Below, piece after piece: positions 16,183 through 24,496 of a stretch of 24,496 bases of DNA (the stretch's first letter is position 1; every line of letters starts with the position of its first letter). The DNA lies in IMG/VR virus record IMGVR_UViG_3300032257_000091, positions 1 through 24,496 of that record. One strand, given 5' to 3'. Under the pieces are notes generated by a model. It was given only the letters and a program-made list of their open reading frames with translations, was not told the DNA's origin and did not search any database. The DNA comes from a virus (taxonomy: Duplodnaviria > Caudoviricetes). A program made the position numbers and the translations under genes.

Positions 16183-16308
16183 TTTATTTTCCTCTTATAT
16201 GTTGCGTTCTGGTTATATTGGATATAGTATTCATATTAGAAATTAAGTCAATACAAAGAGGGTATAAAAATGAGTAAGAATTACGTTAAATAAATTAAAA
16301 ATTAATTG

Positions 16309-16371
16309 TGGTATAATAATTTGCGGATAGGGTTTAGCGACCCTAAAAACTAGCTAGTCACTAGGTTTCCG
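16309..16371 (+). promoter_or_regulatory. promoter and structured leader of the HNH gene
   Basis: TGGTATAAT followed by GCGGA/TCCGC enclosing TAGGGT/ACCCTA and CTAG/CTAG hairpins. Confidence 0.6.
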
Positions 16372-16407
16372 CATCACTTCTACGACTACCTTTGACAAGG
16401 ATTCAAA

Positions 16408-17058
16408 ATGACAGACTTCATAGAAAGACCGGCAAGCAGAAAATCACTGGCTATGAGAAAGCCTATTTGCGGAGTTGGTATAAATGACTCATGGTATGTA
16501 ACAAGCGACGTAGGAACTAATGGCAATGTTATTAGGTGCCCTATATATAAGACGTGGATAGCAATGATAAAAAGGTGTTACCTTGAGGCTTGTCATAAAA
16601 ATCAGCCAACCTATGCTGATTGCACTGTTTGTGATGAATGGCTTGTGTTTTCTAATTTCTATAAGTGGATGATCAAACAGGATTATATGGGTCTTCAATT
16701 GGATAAGGATGTACTAATTAGTGGTAACAAGGTGTATGGGCCAGAGGCTTGCGTATTTATTAGTCAGGAGATAAATAAGCTTCTAAATCAAAACAGAAAG
16801 AAAAAAGGAAGTCTTCCTCAAGGTGTTAGGCTTGATACATCAACTGGGAAGTTTAGAGCAATATGCAGTATTAACGGCAAGAAAAAGGACTTCGGGTCTT
16901 ATCGAACTATTTCTGATGCCAAATCCGCGTATCGTGCCGCTAAGTACTCGCATATGATTTCGATTGCTGAAAAACAAAGCAATGAATTAATAAGAAAGGC
17001 GATATATATGCACGCATCAAAATATCACGCAGGCTTCAAAGCACCGGAGGGCGAGTAG
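16408..17058 (+). CDS. HNH-type homing endonuclease with AP2-like C-terminus
   Basis: YKTWIAMIKRC...CTVCDEWLVFSNF...LQLDKD...GNKVYGPEACVFI; LPQGV...KFRA. Confidence 0.8.
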   Translation: MTDFIERPASRKSLAMRKPICGVGINDSWYVTSDVGTNGNVIRCPIYKTWIAMIKRCYLEACHKNQPTYADCTVCDEWLVFSNFYKWMIKQDYMGLQLDKDVLISGNKVYGPEACVFISQEINKLLNQNRKKKGSLPQGVRLDTSTGKFRAICSINGKKKDFGSYRTISDAKSAYRAAKYSHMISIAEKQSNELIRKAIYMHASKYHAGFKAPEGE

Positions 17059-17247
17059 ATGAGTACTTTTGATAAATGTATGACTATTTTTCTTATATTT
17101 TCTGTTTCTCTAGGCATGAATTTGGTTTTCCATAGGGATGCTGTAGAAAGATTTGAAGGCTACCACTGCCAACCAATAACAGAACACAAAACACTAGAAG
17201 AGGCTAAGGCCAGAATTGAACAGTATCAAGCAATGGTAAGGGGTTAG
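17059..17247 (+). CDS. small membrane-anchored protein
   Basis: N-terminal hydrophobic segment. Confidence 0.6.
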   Translation: MSTFDKCMTIFLIFSVSLGMNLVFHRDAVERFEGYHCQPITEHKTLEEAKARIEQYQAMVRG

Positions 17248-17249
17248 TA

Positions 17250-17821
17250 ATGGGTAAGGTAGATTGGAGTAAGGCGCCAAGTGATGCTGAGGCGTGTATT
17301 TATAATGCTTTTACAAAGTGGGTAGGTAATCAGGAGTATGAATGGGATTCGACGAAGATGGAATGGGAAGAAGCAATGCCTAGCTGGTCGCTTGACTCAT
17401 ACAATGACAATGTTGGTTTTAGTGTGGTTATGCGCCCCGACAACTGGAAAGAAGGAGAGAAGCGAATGGAACCTATTGTTCAGAATGGGAATGACGGCGA
17501 GCATTATGCGGATATTTCAAGACAGCAAGAATCCAGAAGGCTGGAACTAGAGAAGGCAGAAAAAGAGGAGCAGGCTAAAGTTGCCGCTATTGAAGTGCGG
17601 CGTAACAAATTAAAATACCATCGAGAGATTAAAAAGGGTGTGTCGGTTGATGTGTATGATGTATTAAGTGCGTTTGAAGTAGTGAATCCTGCAATGAGCA
17701 CGCACTAAAGAAAATGCTGGCACCAGGTAAGCGAGGCGCTAAGGATGTGGTTCAAGATATGCAAGAGGCTATCCAGTCCATTGAACGAGCTATTGAGCTA
17801 GAAAAGGAGCAAGGCGAATGA
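17250..17821 (+). pseudogene. frameshifted gene with DUF3310-like C-terminal domain
   Basis: Reading continues in another frame from 17699 as HALKKMLAPGKRGAKDVVQDMQEAIQSIERAIELE to TGA at 17821. Confidence 0.75.
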
Positions 17822-18111
17822 AATACTTACTAATACTACTGCTAATGTCAGGCTATGTTAGTGCTGATATAGAGAATGAGATCAAACTGGCCAATGCGCT
17901 GGGAGAATCAAACGAGTTTATTGCAAAGCTTATAGATCAGAATGAGCGATTAATGGAGCAGTCAGCTAAGAGTATGAAGCAGGCGAATGGATTTAAAGGC
18001 TATATCCAGATGATAACTGACGATTGTATTAAAGGTCTTGGCTTTGCTGGAATGGGATCGGATGGCGTTATGTACCGGCTGAATTGCAGTTTCAATAAGG
18101 CAGTGAAGTAA
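17818..18111 (+). CDS. secreted or periplasmic protein with signal peptide
   Basis: MKYLLILLLMSGYVSA-D signal peptide; coiled coil; two Cys. Confidence 0.65.
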   Translation: MKYLLILLLMSGYVSADIENEIKLANALGESNEFIAKLIDQNERLMEQSAKSMKQANGFKGYIQMITDDCIKGLGFAGMGSDGVMYRLNCSFNKAVK

Positions 18112-18132
18112 ACCCCTTAATTGGGGTTTTTT
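18110..18132 (+). terminator. intrinsic terminator
   Basis: AAACCCC-TTAATT-GGGGTTT followed by further Ts. Confidence 0.8.
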
Positions 18133-18209
18133 ACGTTCTGAATAAATATGGTAGAATGGGGTTAAATTAATAGTCAGTGTGACAGGGTTGCACTTATGAA
18201 CGGGGTTCT

Positions 18210-18794
18210 ATGACTAGTAAGCTTACAGCAAAGCAGGAGCTTTTTTGTCAAGAGTATTTGATTGATCTAAATGCTACAAAGGCGGCAATTAGGGCAGGCT
18301 ATAGTGAAAAGGCAGCAAAACAGATAGCCACAGAAAACCTATCAAAACCAGTCTTGCATGAATATATTGCAAGGTTGAAGCAAGAAAGGGTGGATAAAGT
18401 TCAAGTCGATGCAGCTTATGTGTTAAATAGACTGGTTGAAATTGATCAGATGGACTTCTTGGATATTCTTAATGATGACCATTCTATAAAGCCGCCTAGT
18501 GAATGGCCAAAGGTTTGGCGGACGTATTTATCAGCTATCGACATGGCTGAAATATGGGAGGGCTCAGGCGATGAGCGCCAGATGACTGGAATGCTTAAAA
18601 AAATCAAATGGCCTGATAAGGTTAAGAATCTTGAGTTGCTTGGTAAGCATGTCAATGTAATGGCATTTAAGGAAAAGGTCGAGGTTGATGCCACTGTAAT
18701 TCAATCTGTAATGCCTGTTCCAACTGCTGATAGTGTTGAAAGCTGGGAAGAGTCGGCCAAAAAGAATCAGGATACAATACTAAGTCGTGACTGA
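18210..18794 (+). CDS. terS: terminase small subunit
   Basis: LTAKQELFCQEYLIDLNATKAAIRAGYS...KIKWPDKVKNLELLGKH. Confidence 0.95.
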   Translation: MTSKLTAKQELFCQEYLIDLNATKAAIRAGYSEKAAKQIATENLSKPVLHEYIARLKQERVDKVQVDAAYVLNRLVEIDQMDFLDILNDDHSIKPPSEWPKVWRTYLSAIDMAEIWEGSGDERQMTGMLKKIKWPDKVKNLELLGKHVNVMAFKEKVEVDATVIQSVMPVPTADSVESWEESAKKNQDTILSRD

Positions 18795-20340
18795 TTACAA
18801 AATAGCTATAGCACCTCAAAGCGGCTCGCAGTCTTTGTCATTATCATGCCCTTGTAATGAAATACTTTATGAAGGTACGCGCGGCCCAGGGAAGACAGCG
18901 GCTCAGCTAATGCGATTTCGTAGGCTTGTTGGTGTTGGTTATGGCTCATTTTGGAAGGGCGTTATTTTTGACATCGAGTATAAAAACCTAGGTGACATAA
19001 TAGCCCAGTCTAAAAAGCTATTCGGTAGGTTTAATGACGGAGCAAGATTCCTTAGTTCTGCCAGTGAGCTTAAGTGGATTTGGCCGACTGGTGAAGAGTT
19101 ATTGTTTAGGTATGAGCAGAAGGCTGACGGCTATTGGAATTATCACGGTCAGGAGTTCCCTTTTGTTGGGCATAATGAGCTTACAAAGCGAGGAGATTCT
19201 GAGTTTTATGAAGCTATGTTTTCTTGTATGCGGTCATCATTCCGACCTGTTGACTACCCAAAGCCTGACGGCTCGCTATTGCCGCCGATTCCGCTAGAGT
19301 GCTTCAGCACAACAAACCCCTTTGGAGTTGGTCATTCATGGGTTAAGAAGCGCTTTATTGATCCGGCTCCGCGTGGTCAAGTAGTAAGAAATTCAACCAC
19401 TGTCATAAACCCTCAGACTGACGAAGAGGAGGAGGTTGTATTGACTCGCGTTGCTATCCACGGCTCATGGCGTGAGAATAAGTTTCTAGACCCTCAATAT
19501 ATTGCCTTCTTAATGGCAATTAAAGACCCTAATAAAAAAGCGGCGTGGGTTAATGGTGATTGGTCTATTACTTCTGGCGGTCGCTTTGATCACTTGTGGC
19601 GCGAGCATGTTCATGTTGTTCAGCCTTTTGAGATACCATCTAATTGGCATGTTGATCGCTCTCATGACTGGGGTGAATCAAAGCCGTTCAGTAATTTATG
19701 GTTTGCTGAGTCTGACGGAACAGAGGTTAAAACTCCTAATGGGGTTAAATGCTATCCCGCTGGAACTATATTTTGCATAGGGGAATTTTACGGATGCGAG
19801 CCTGATGAACATAATACAGGCTTAAAGATGAGTGCCACAAACGTGGCTAAATTGGTTGCTGATATTGATAAAGCTTTCACAAATAAAGATCACGAAATAA
19901 GGAATGCTAGAGGGGAAATTAATCTATTGCCAGGTATCGTTAAAGGAAAGGTTAGGCCTGGGCCCGCAGATAATGCCATTAATAACAAAGATGATGAGCA
20001 AATATCCATAGCTGATAAGATGGCAAAGCAGGGCGTTAAATGGATTGAATCTGACAAGTCGCCCGGCTCTCGCATTAATGGGGCTGCTTTGTTGTGTGAA
20101 TACCTTGAGGCTGCCTTAGAGGGTGCTGATAGCCAATCAGGGATGCCAGAAAGACCAGCTCTTTACTTCTTCAGTAATGTTCGCGGCATTATCTCTAGAT
20201 TTCCAATATTATCAAGGGATAGTAAGAAGCCAGACGACATTGATACAGAGCAGGAAGATCATGATTATGATGCGCTTCGCTATCGAGTGGCCAGAAAGAA
20301 AAGGACTCACGCTCCTATCAATGTACGATTCGGGGCTTAA
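18787..20340 (+). CDS. terL: terminase large subunit
   Basis: Walker A GTRGPGKT; TTNPFG; nuclease motifs HDWG and EDHDYDALRY. Confidence 0.93.
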   Translation: MTDYKIAIAPQSGSQSLSLSCPCNEILYEGTRGPGKTAAQLMRFRRLVGVGYGSFWKGVIFDIEYKNLGDIIAQSKKLFGRFNDGARFLSSASELKWIWPTGEELLFRYEQKADGYWNYHGQEFPFVGHNELTKRGDSEFYEAMFSCMRSSFRPVDYPKPDGSLLPPIPLECFSTTNPFGVGHSWVKKRFIDPAPRGQVVRNSTTVINPQTDEEEEVVLTRVAIHGSWRENKFLDPQYIAFLMAIKDPNKKAAWVNGDWSITSGGRFDHLWREHVHVVQPFEIPSNWHVDRSHDWGESKPFSNLWFAESDGTEVKTPNGVKCYPAGTIFCIGEFYGCEPDEHNTGLKMSATNVAKLVADIDKAFTNKDHEIRNARGEINLLPGIVKGKVRPGPADNAINNKDDEQISIADKMAKQGVKWIESDKSPGSRINGAALLCEYLEAALEGADSQSGMPERPALYFFSNVRGIISRFPILSRDSKKPDDIDTEQEDHDYDALRYRVARKKRTHAPINVRFGA

Positions 20341-20378
20341 CGTGCTAACATTACGAAAAACCAATATAGGCTAGATAA

Positions 20379-21758
20379 ATGGCTAATGTAAAATTCATTC
20401 ACCCAGAATATGCGGCCAAGGTCGATAACTGGACAAAGACAAGGCTTGCTTGCAGTGCTAGTGGAATCAAAGATGCCGGTGTAACTTATCTGCCAATGGC
20501 ATTAGATAAAGATCAGGATAAATACAGCGCATACAAAAAGCGCGCATTGTATCTTGGTGTTACTGGTCGCACTCGGTCGGCGTTGGTTGGCGCTGCCTTC
20601 CGTGTTGATCCATCATTCAGCGAAGATCTCCCGAGCCAGTTAGAGTTTGTTAGTGGTGATTTTGACGGCGCTGGAATGTCAGTAGATCAGGTGTCCAAAC
20701 GAATTGTTAGCGAAGTTCAAACAACAGGCCGCCACGGTTTGCTGGTGGACTTCCCTAGCCTTCCAGCTGGCATTAGTATGGAAGAAGAGAAGCGGCTAGG
20801 TTCTCATCCATACGTTGCCGCCTACAATGCCGAGTCGATTATCAATTGGGAAGAATCCAAAGTTAATGGCAAGACTCAGCTATCAATGATTGTTTTAAAG
20901 GAAGTCACGCAAGAATCAGTAGATGGTGATGAGTTCCAGAAAGAGCAGGTTATTAGATACCGCTCACTACAGCTGATTGATGGGTTGTATGTTGTTCGCT
21001 TATGGGATGAAGGCGGCGAACAAATAGGCGAGCCAATGGAGCCAAGGCTACAAGGTCAAAGACTTAACTTTATCCCGTTCTATTTCACTGGCTCAGAGGA
21101 TAATAAATCCTGTGTCGATGAGATACCACTAGAGCCCATCGCTGAAATTAATATCGGGCATTATCGAAACTCAGCAGACTACGAGAAAAACCTGTTTATT
21201 CACTCGGGCGGCTTGATTGTCGTATCCTCCAGTATGGATGGCGCAGAGTGGAAGGAGGTAAACCCTAGCGGAGTTGTTGTTGGTGCTGACAGTGGCCTAA
21301 AGCTAATGCAAGGCGACAGTGCAGAGTTATTGCAGCTTGATCCGGCGCAAGCCGTTGACGAGGCCATGAGGCGCAAAGAGGAGCAAATGGTTTCTATCGG
21401 CGCTCGACTAATTACCAGTGGTGCTATTAACGAAACAGCAGAGGCAGCTAGAATATCTGCCAGCTCCGAGACATCAACCTTATCTACTATCGTTACAAAT
21501 ACAGAAGACACGATCAATAAAGTGCTTGCTGTGATGGGCTTGGCTTTAGGCGTTGAGGTCCCAGCATACAAAATGAATCGAGACTTCTTCGACTCAAGCA
21601 TGACAGCTCAGCAGTTCATGGCTATTAACGTGCTATATGATTCTGGACATCTTGCTCAATCAGATTTGCGCGGGATATTGCGTAAAAATGGTGTTATTGA
21701 ACCATCTAGAACCGACGCTGATATTGATAATGAAAATACGAGCAATACGCCTCTATGA
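20379..21758 (+). CDS. portal protein (DUF4055 family)
   Basis: HPEY...YLP...YKKRA; GRHGLLVDFP; INIGHYRNSADYE; follows TerL. Confidence 0.9.
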   Translation: MANVKFIHPEYAAKVDNWTKTRLACSASGIKDAGVTYLPMALDKDQDKYSAYKKRALYLGVTGRTRSALVGAAFRVDPSFSEDLPSQLEFVSGDFDGAGMSVDQVSKRIVSEVQTTGRHGLLVDFPSLPAGISMEEEKRLGSHPYVAAYNAESIINWEESKVNGKTQLSMIVLKEVTQESVDGDEFQKEQVIRYRSLQLIDGLYVVRLWDEGGEQIGEPMEPRLQGQRLNFIPFYFTGSEDNKSCVDEIPLEPIAEINIGHYRNSADYEKNLFIHSGGLIVVSSSMDGAEWKEVNPSGVVVGADSGLKLMQGDSAELLQLDPAQAVDEAMRRKEEQMVSIGARLITSGAINETAEAARISASSETSTLSTIVTNTEDTINKVLAVMGLALGVEVPAYKMNRDFFDSSMTAQQFMAINVLYDSGHLAQSDLRGILRKNGVIEPSRTDADIDNENTSNTPL

Positions 21759-22717
21759 GCACGACAGGCTATCTAATCGACGCAACCACTAGGCACGCTA
21801 TATTTGTTGAGCGATACGGTCACGGGCGGTATAACGACCTAGAGCCAATCTTAAATGATATGCGTGATCAGTTGGTTGCTCGATTGAGTCGGGAGGATTT
21901 GACTGATTTTCAGTTTATGCGGGCGCAGGCTTTATTGGCTGATGTTGATGATATTCTGGCGGGCAGCTTTCAACAGTTCGAGCTTGATCTAGGCGGCTAC
22001 ATTGAAGAGTTTTCAGAGTATGAGGCGGGCTTTAATTCTCGAATGCTGCAAGGCGCTGTAAAAGTCGAGGTTGATATTCCAGCGATTGAGCAACTTAATG
22101 CTGCGTTAAATAATACTGACATGGTGCTGACTCAGCAGAGTGGAGCAGTTGAACGCATGACGATTAACCAAGCTATTAATCAGTTTAGCGCCAAGAAGTC
22201 ACAAGAGATTAGAGGTCTTATCAATCAAGGCATTATTGCTGGTGAAACTACTGACGAGATAACCCGCAAAGTAACTAGGCAAGTAAATAAGAGGACAAAG
22301 GCTCAGGCTAGATCACTGGTCTCGACTACGATTAGCGCCACGTCCAATCAGGCGCACAACCAGACCGCTAGAGCTAATAGTGATGTATTGCGAGGCGAGC
22401 AGATAATAGCGACCTTAGACAGCCATACAAGCGATATTTGCATAAGTGCTGATAAGACTATCTGGCCTGTTGATGCTGGGCCGTTTCCGCCGCTCCATTG
22501 GGCTTGCCGGTCACTTAGGGTGATGTTAGTTGATCCTAAGTATTCAATACCTGGATTAGAAGGAACAAGAGCAAGTGAGTCTGGCCAAGTATCAGCAAAT
22601 CTAAGTTATCGTGGCTGGCTAAAACAACAGCCGAAAGAGGTAAGGGAGCGAGTCAATATTAAAAAGACTTACTCCCTTGCAGAGCTTGCGGCATTAGAGC
22701 CTGTTACTTTTCTTTAG
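21755..22717 (+). CDS. head morphogenesis protein (SPP1 gp7 / Mu F family)
   Basis: ATLDSHTSDIC...PPLHWACRS. Confidence 0.88.
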   Translation: MSTTGYLIDATTRHAIFVERYGHGRYNDLEPILNDMRDQLVARLSREDLTDFQFMRAQALLADVDDILAGSFQQFELDLGGYIEEFSEYEAGFNSRMLQGAVKVEVDIPAIEQLNAALNNTDMVLTQQSGAVERMTINQAINQFSAKKSQEIRGLINQGIIAGETTDEITRKVTRQVNKRTKAQARSLVSTTISATSNQAHNQTARANSDVLRGEQIIATLDSHTSDICISADKTIWPVDAGPFPPLHWACRSLRVMLVDPKYSIPGLEGTRASESGQVSANLSYRGWLKQQPKEVRERVNIKKTYSLAELAALEPVTFL

Positions 22718-23072
22718 ACCTAATTACTTCGCTTATCTCGGTAAATTCAAGGGCATCAAAGCCAGCTTTGTCAAAAGTTTCTGGGGCTTCCGTGCTAATT
22801 GAGAAGGTGGTTCCATGGTTGGTATGCTCTCGACCTAGCTTTTCTTTAGGCTTGAAATGGTCTTTGCGGTTCATGTGAGTTATTGGCCCATCCTCATGCA
22901 CAAGATATGGAGCGCTTGGCCTTATTACTCCTCCGCCGCTATATTTCACTGGCTTTCGCTCTAGCTTGTCTTTAACTAGTAGTAATTGCCTTCTCTCATT
23001 TATACCCCTGCTGCGCTCTATTAGAGATAGAATTGCCTCAACCTCATCATCCGTAAAAGTAAAAGTGTTCAT
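22704..23072 (-). CDS. chimeric protein with tape-measure-like and tail-tube-like motifs
   Basis: GAGGGTGA RBS; motifs YSGGGVIRPSAPYLVHEDGP and TNHGTTFSISTEAPETFDKAGFDALEFTEISEV. Confidence 0.7.
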   Translation of the reverse strand: MNTFTFTDDEVEAILSLIERSRGINERRQLLLVKDKLERKPVKYSGGGVIRPSAPYLVHEDGPITHMNRKDHFKPKEKLGREHTNHGTTFSISTEAPETFDKAGFDALEFTEISEVIRSKEK

Positions 23073-23242
23073 TTATCACCCTCAAGTATAGCTAAAATCT
23101 GGCCTTTCTTTTTAATTGCTGCTGCTAGTCCGTTTTTATCATACAAAATAGCACCGTTTTCTATTGGCTCTTTTCTAATGATAAATATGGGGTTGCCTAG
23201 CTTATCTAGCTCGTGGTTAATTTTTGCTGGATAATCACTCAT
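23069..23242 (-). CDS. hypothetical protein (57 aa)
   Basis: Not in track. MSDYPAKINHELDKLGNPIFIIRKEP...LEGDK; ATGA overlap with next gene. Confidence 0.55.
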   Translation of the reverse strand: MSDYPAKINHELDKLGNPIFIIRKEPIENGAILYDKNGLAAAIKKKGQILAILEGDK

Positions 23243-23348
23243 TCTCTAGCGCCTTCATAGCTTCGTTATATTCTTCAAAGCTGATTTTGCCAGCGGCGTA
23301 ATTCTTGTGAAGTTCGGACGCCCTTATCATTTGCTCGCGTGTTAACAT
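23235..23348 (-). CDS. SHOCT-like small protein (37 aa)
   Basis: MLTREQMIRASELHKNYAAGKISFEEYNEAMKALENE; AAGGA RBS. Confidence 0.55.
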   Translation of the reverse strand: MLTREQMIRASELHKNYAAGKISFEEYNEAMKALENE

Positions 23349-23439
23349 TTTATATTCCTTCTATTGGTCTAATAACCATAAACTACCGCTAAAGATAACT
23401 CTAATTCATCTCATGAATACCTACTATTCACCAAAACTA

Positions 23440-23480
23440 TTGACTATGCCCGTTTTTATGTATAATGGTCTTAACGGGGC
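23440..23480 (+). promoter_or_regulatory. promoter for scaffold and capsid genes
   Basis: TTGACT-15-TATAAT with CCCGTT/AACGGG inverted repeat around the -10. Confidence 0.55.
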
Positions 23481-23510
23481 AGGGCCTCACTATCACAGAA
23501 CTGGGTTCTA

Positions 23511-24134
23511 ATGACTGATAAAACGTACACAAAAGAAGAGCTTGAAGCTTTAGTCGCTGAAAGGTTGGCTGCTGAGACTGAAGGGCTTAAGAAGAAAAAT
23601 GAAGAATTGCTAACTGAAAAGAAGCAAGTCTCATTGCGAGCGGCAGAGCTTGAAGAGGCTCAAAAAAATGCAGAGGTCGAAGGACTAAAGCAGAAAGAAG
23701 AGTTTAAGACGCTTTATGAGCGCGAACAAGATACGGTAAAAAGTCTGCGCGAACAGATTACAGCCAAAGAAGAGAAAGAGCGCAAAGACGCTTTAGCACT
23801 TGCCACAGTTGAGCTTAGCGGATCACTAACGCGAGATACCACAAAGGCTGGCTTACTTGCAGAGCAGGCGGCAAAACACGCAACCTATGTAGATGGTAAG
23901 GTTGTTTATGAGATTGGCGGCGTCGAAGTTGATGCGGCAAAGGTGCAAGAACATTTAACCAACTCCTTCGGGTTCTTGGTAGATGGTAGCGGAAACACTG
24001 GAAGCGGGGCTTCTGGCAATCAAGGCGGCGGGGCTGTCACTAAAAAGTTTAACGATTATTCAACAGCAGAATTAAAGTCTATTAAAGACAGTGATCCTGC
24101 GCAATATGAAGCCTTGCGGAATACCCGCACTTAA
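23511..24134 (+). CDS. capsid scaffolding protein
   Basis: Coiled coil GLKKKNEELLTEKK; Gly-rich linker; C-terminal helix; precedes the capsid gene. Confidence 0.8.
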   Translation: MTDKTYTKEELEALVAERLAAETEGLKKKNEELLTEKKQVSLRAAELEEAQKNAEVEGLKQKEEFKTLYEREQDTVKSLREQITAKEEKERKDALALATVELSGSLTRDTTKAGLLAEQAAKHATYVDGKVVYEIGGVEVDAAKVQEHLTNSFGFLVDGSGNTGSGASGNQGGGAVTKKFNDYSTAELKSIKDSDPAQYEALRNTRT

Positions 24135-24151
24135 ATAAAAGGAAGCCCAAA

Positions 24152-24496
24152 ATGGCTACTACACAACTGACTGATATTATTGATGTCACAATCTTTCAAG
24201 ATTTACCTGCTGTTAATTCACCAGAAAAGACAGCTTTCTTCGAGTCTGGTGCGGCGGTTCGCTCACCTATGCTTGATCAGCTAGCGCTTGGTGCTGGTAA
24301 GAAAGCTGAATTACCTTACTGGAATGATATTGACGCGGCTATTGAAGCTAACTTGTCTAGTGATGATCCTGCAGCTATTGCAGCAGCTCAGAAGATTACG
24401 CAAGGCGAGCAAATCACGCGTAAAGCCTTCTTAAACAAAGGTTTATCAACGTCTGACCTAGCTAGTGAGCTTGCAATGGGTGAAAACGCAATGCAG
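24152..24496 (+). CDS. major capsid protein, partial
   Basis: MATTQLTDII...EKTAFFESG...LPYWND...; open to the window end; follows scaffold. Confidence 0.85.
   Translation, partial: MATTQLTDIIDVTIFQDLPAVNSPEKTAFFESGAAVRSPMLDQLALGAGKKAELPYWNDIDAAIEANLSSDDPAAIAAAQKITQGEQITRKAFLNKGLSTSDLASELAMGENAMQ

Noticed and set aside
2244-21601. Shadow ORFs such as 2244-2450, 3474-3692, 5661-6382, 7640-8278, 10845-11217, 13934-14413, 14954-15388, 19034-20374 and 21200-21601
   Set aside because: They are nested in or antisense to better-supported genes.

Overview
This window is part of a lambdoid-like tailed phage genome, probably a siphovirus of a gammaproteobacterial host (host not determinable from sequence). 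The minus-strand early arm (1-10577) encodes a Cro-like HTH protein, an Rmf-like protein, a C5 DNA methyltransferase, Rha, an O-like initiator with iterons, a P-like loader, DnaB, a NucS-like nuclease, YopX, DUF551 and a NinB-like protein. It diverges, with no CI or integrase visible, from a plus-strand arm with a coiled-coil protein, a Sak4-like ATPase, an SSB, an atypical lysis cluster (DUF5675), an HNH-type endonuclease, TerS, TerL, portal, gp7-like head protein, scaffold and the start of the major capsid gene. Main leads: (1) a possible translation-control layer made of a recurrent AAAGAGGGT ribosome-binding motif, a structured RNA with an exactly complementary loop, an Rmf homologue and a tRNA-like RNA lacking a normal anticodon loop; (2) an antisense gene in the head module that appears to fuse a tape-measure motif to a tail-tube N-terminal motif; (3) a structured intergenic transcript with coupled mini-ORFs; (4) a possible TacA antitoxin mimic. 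All family calls come from recalled motifs, not database searches.
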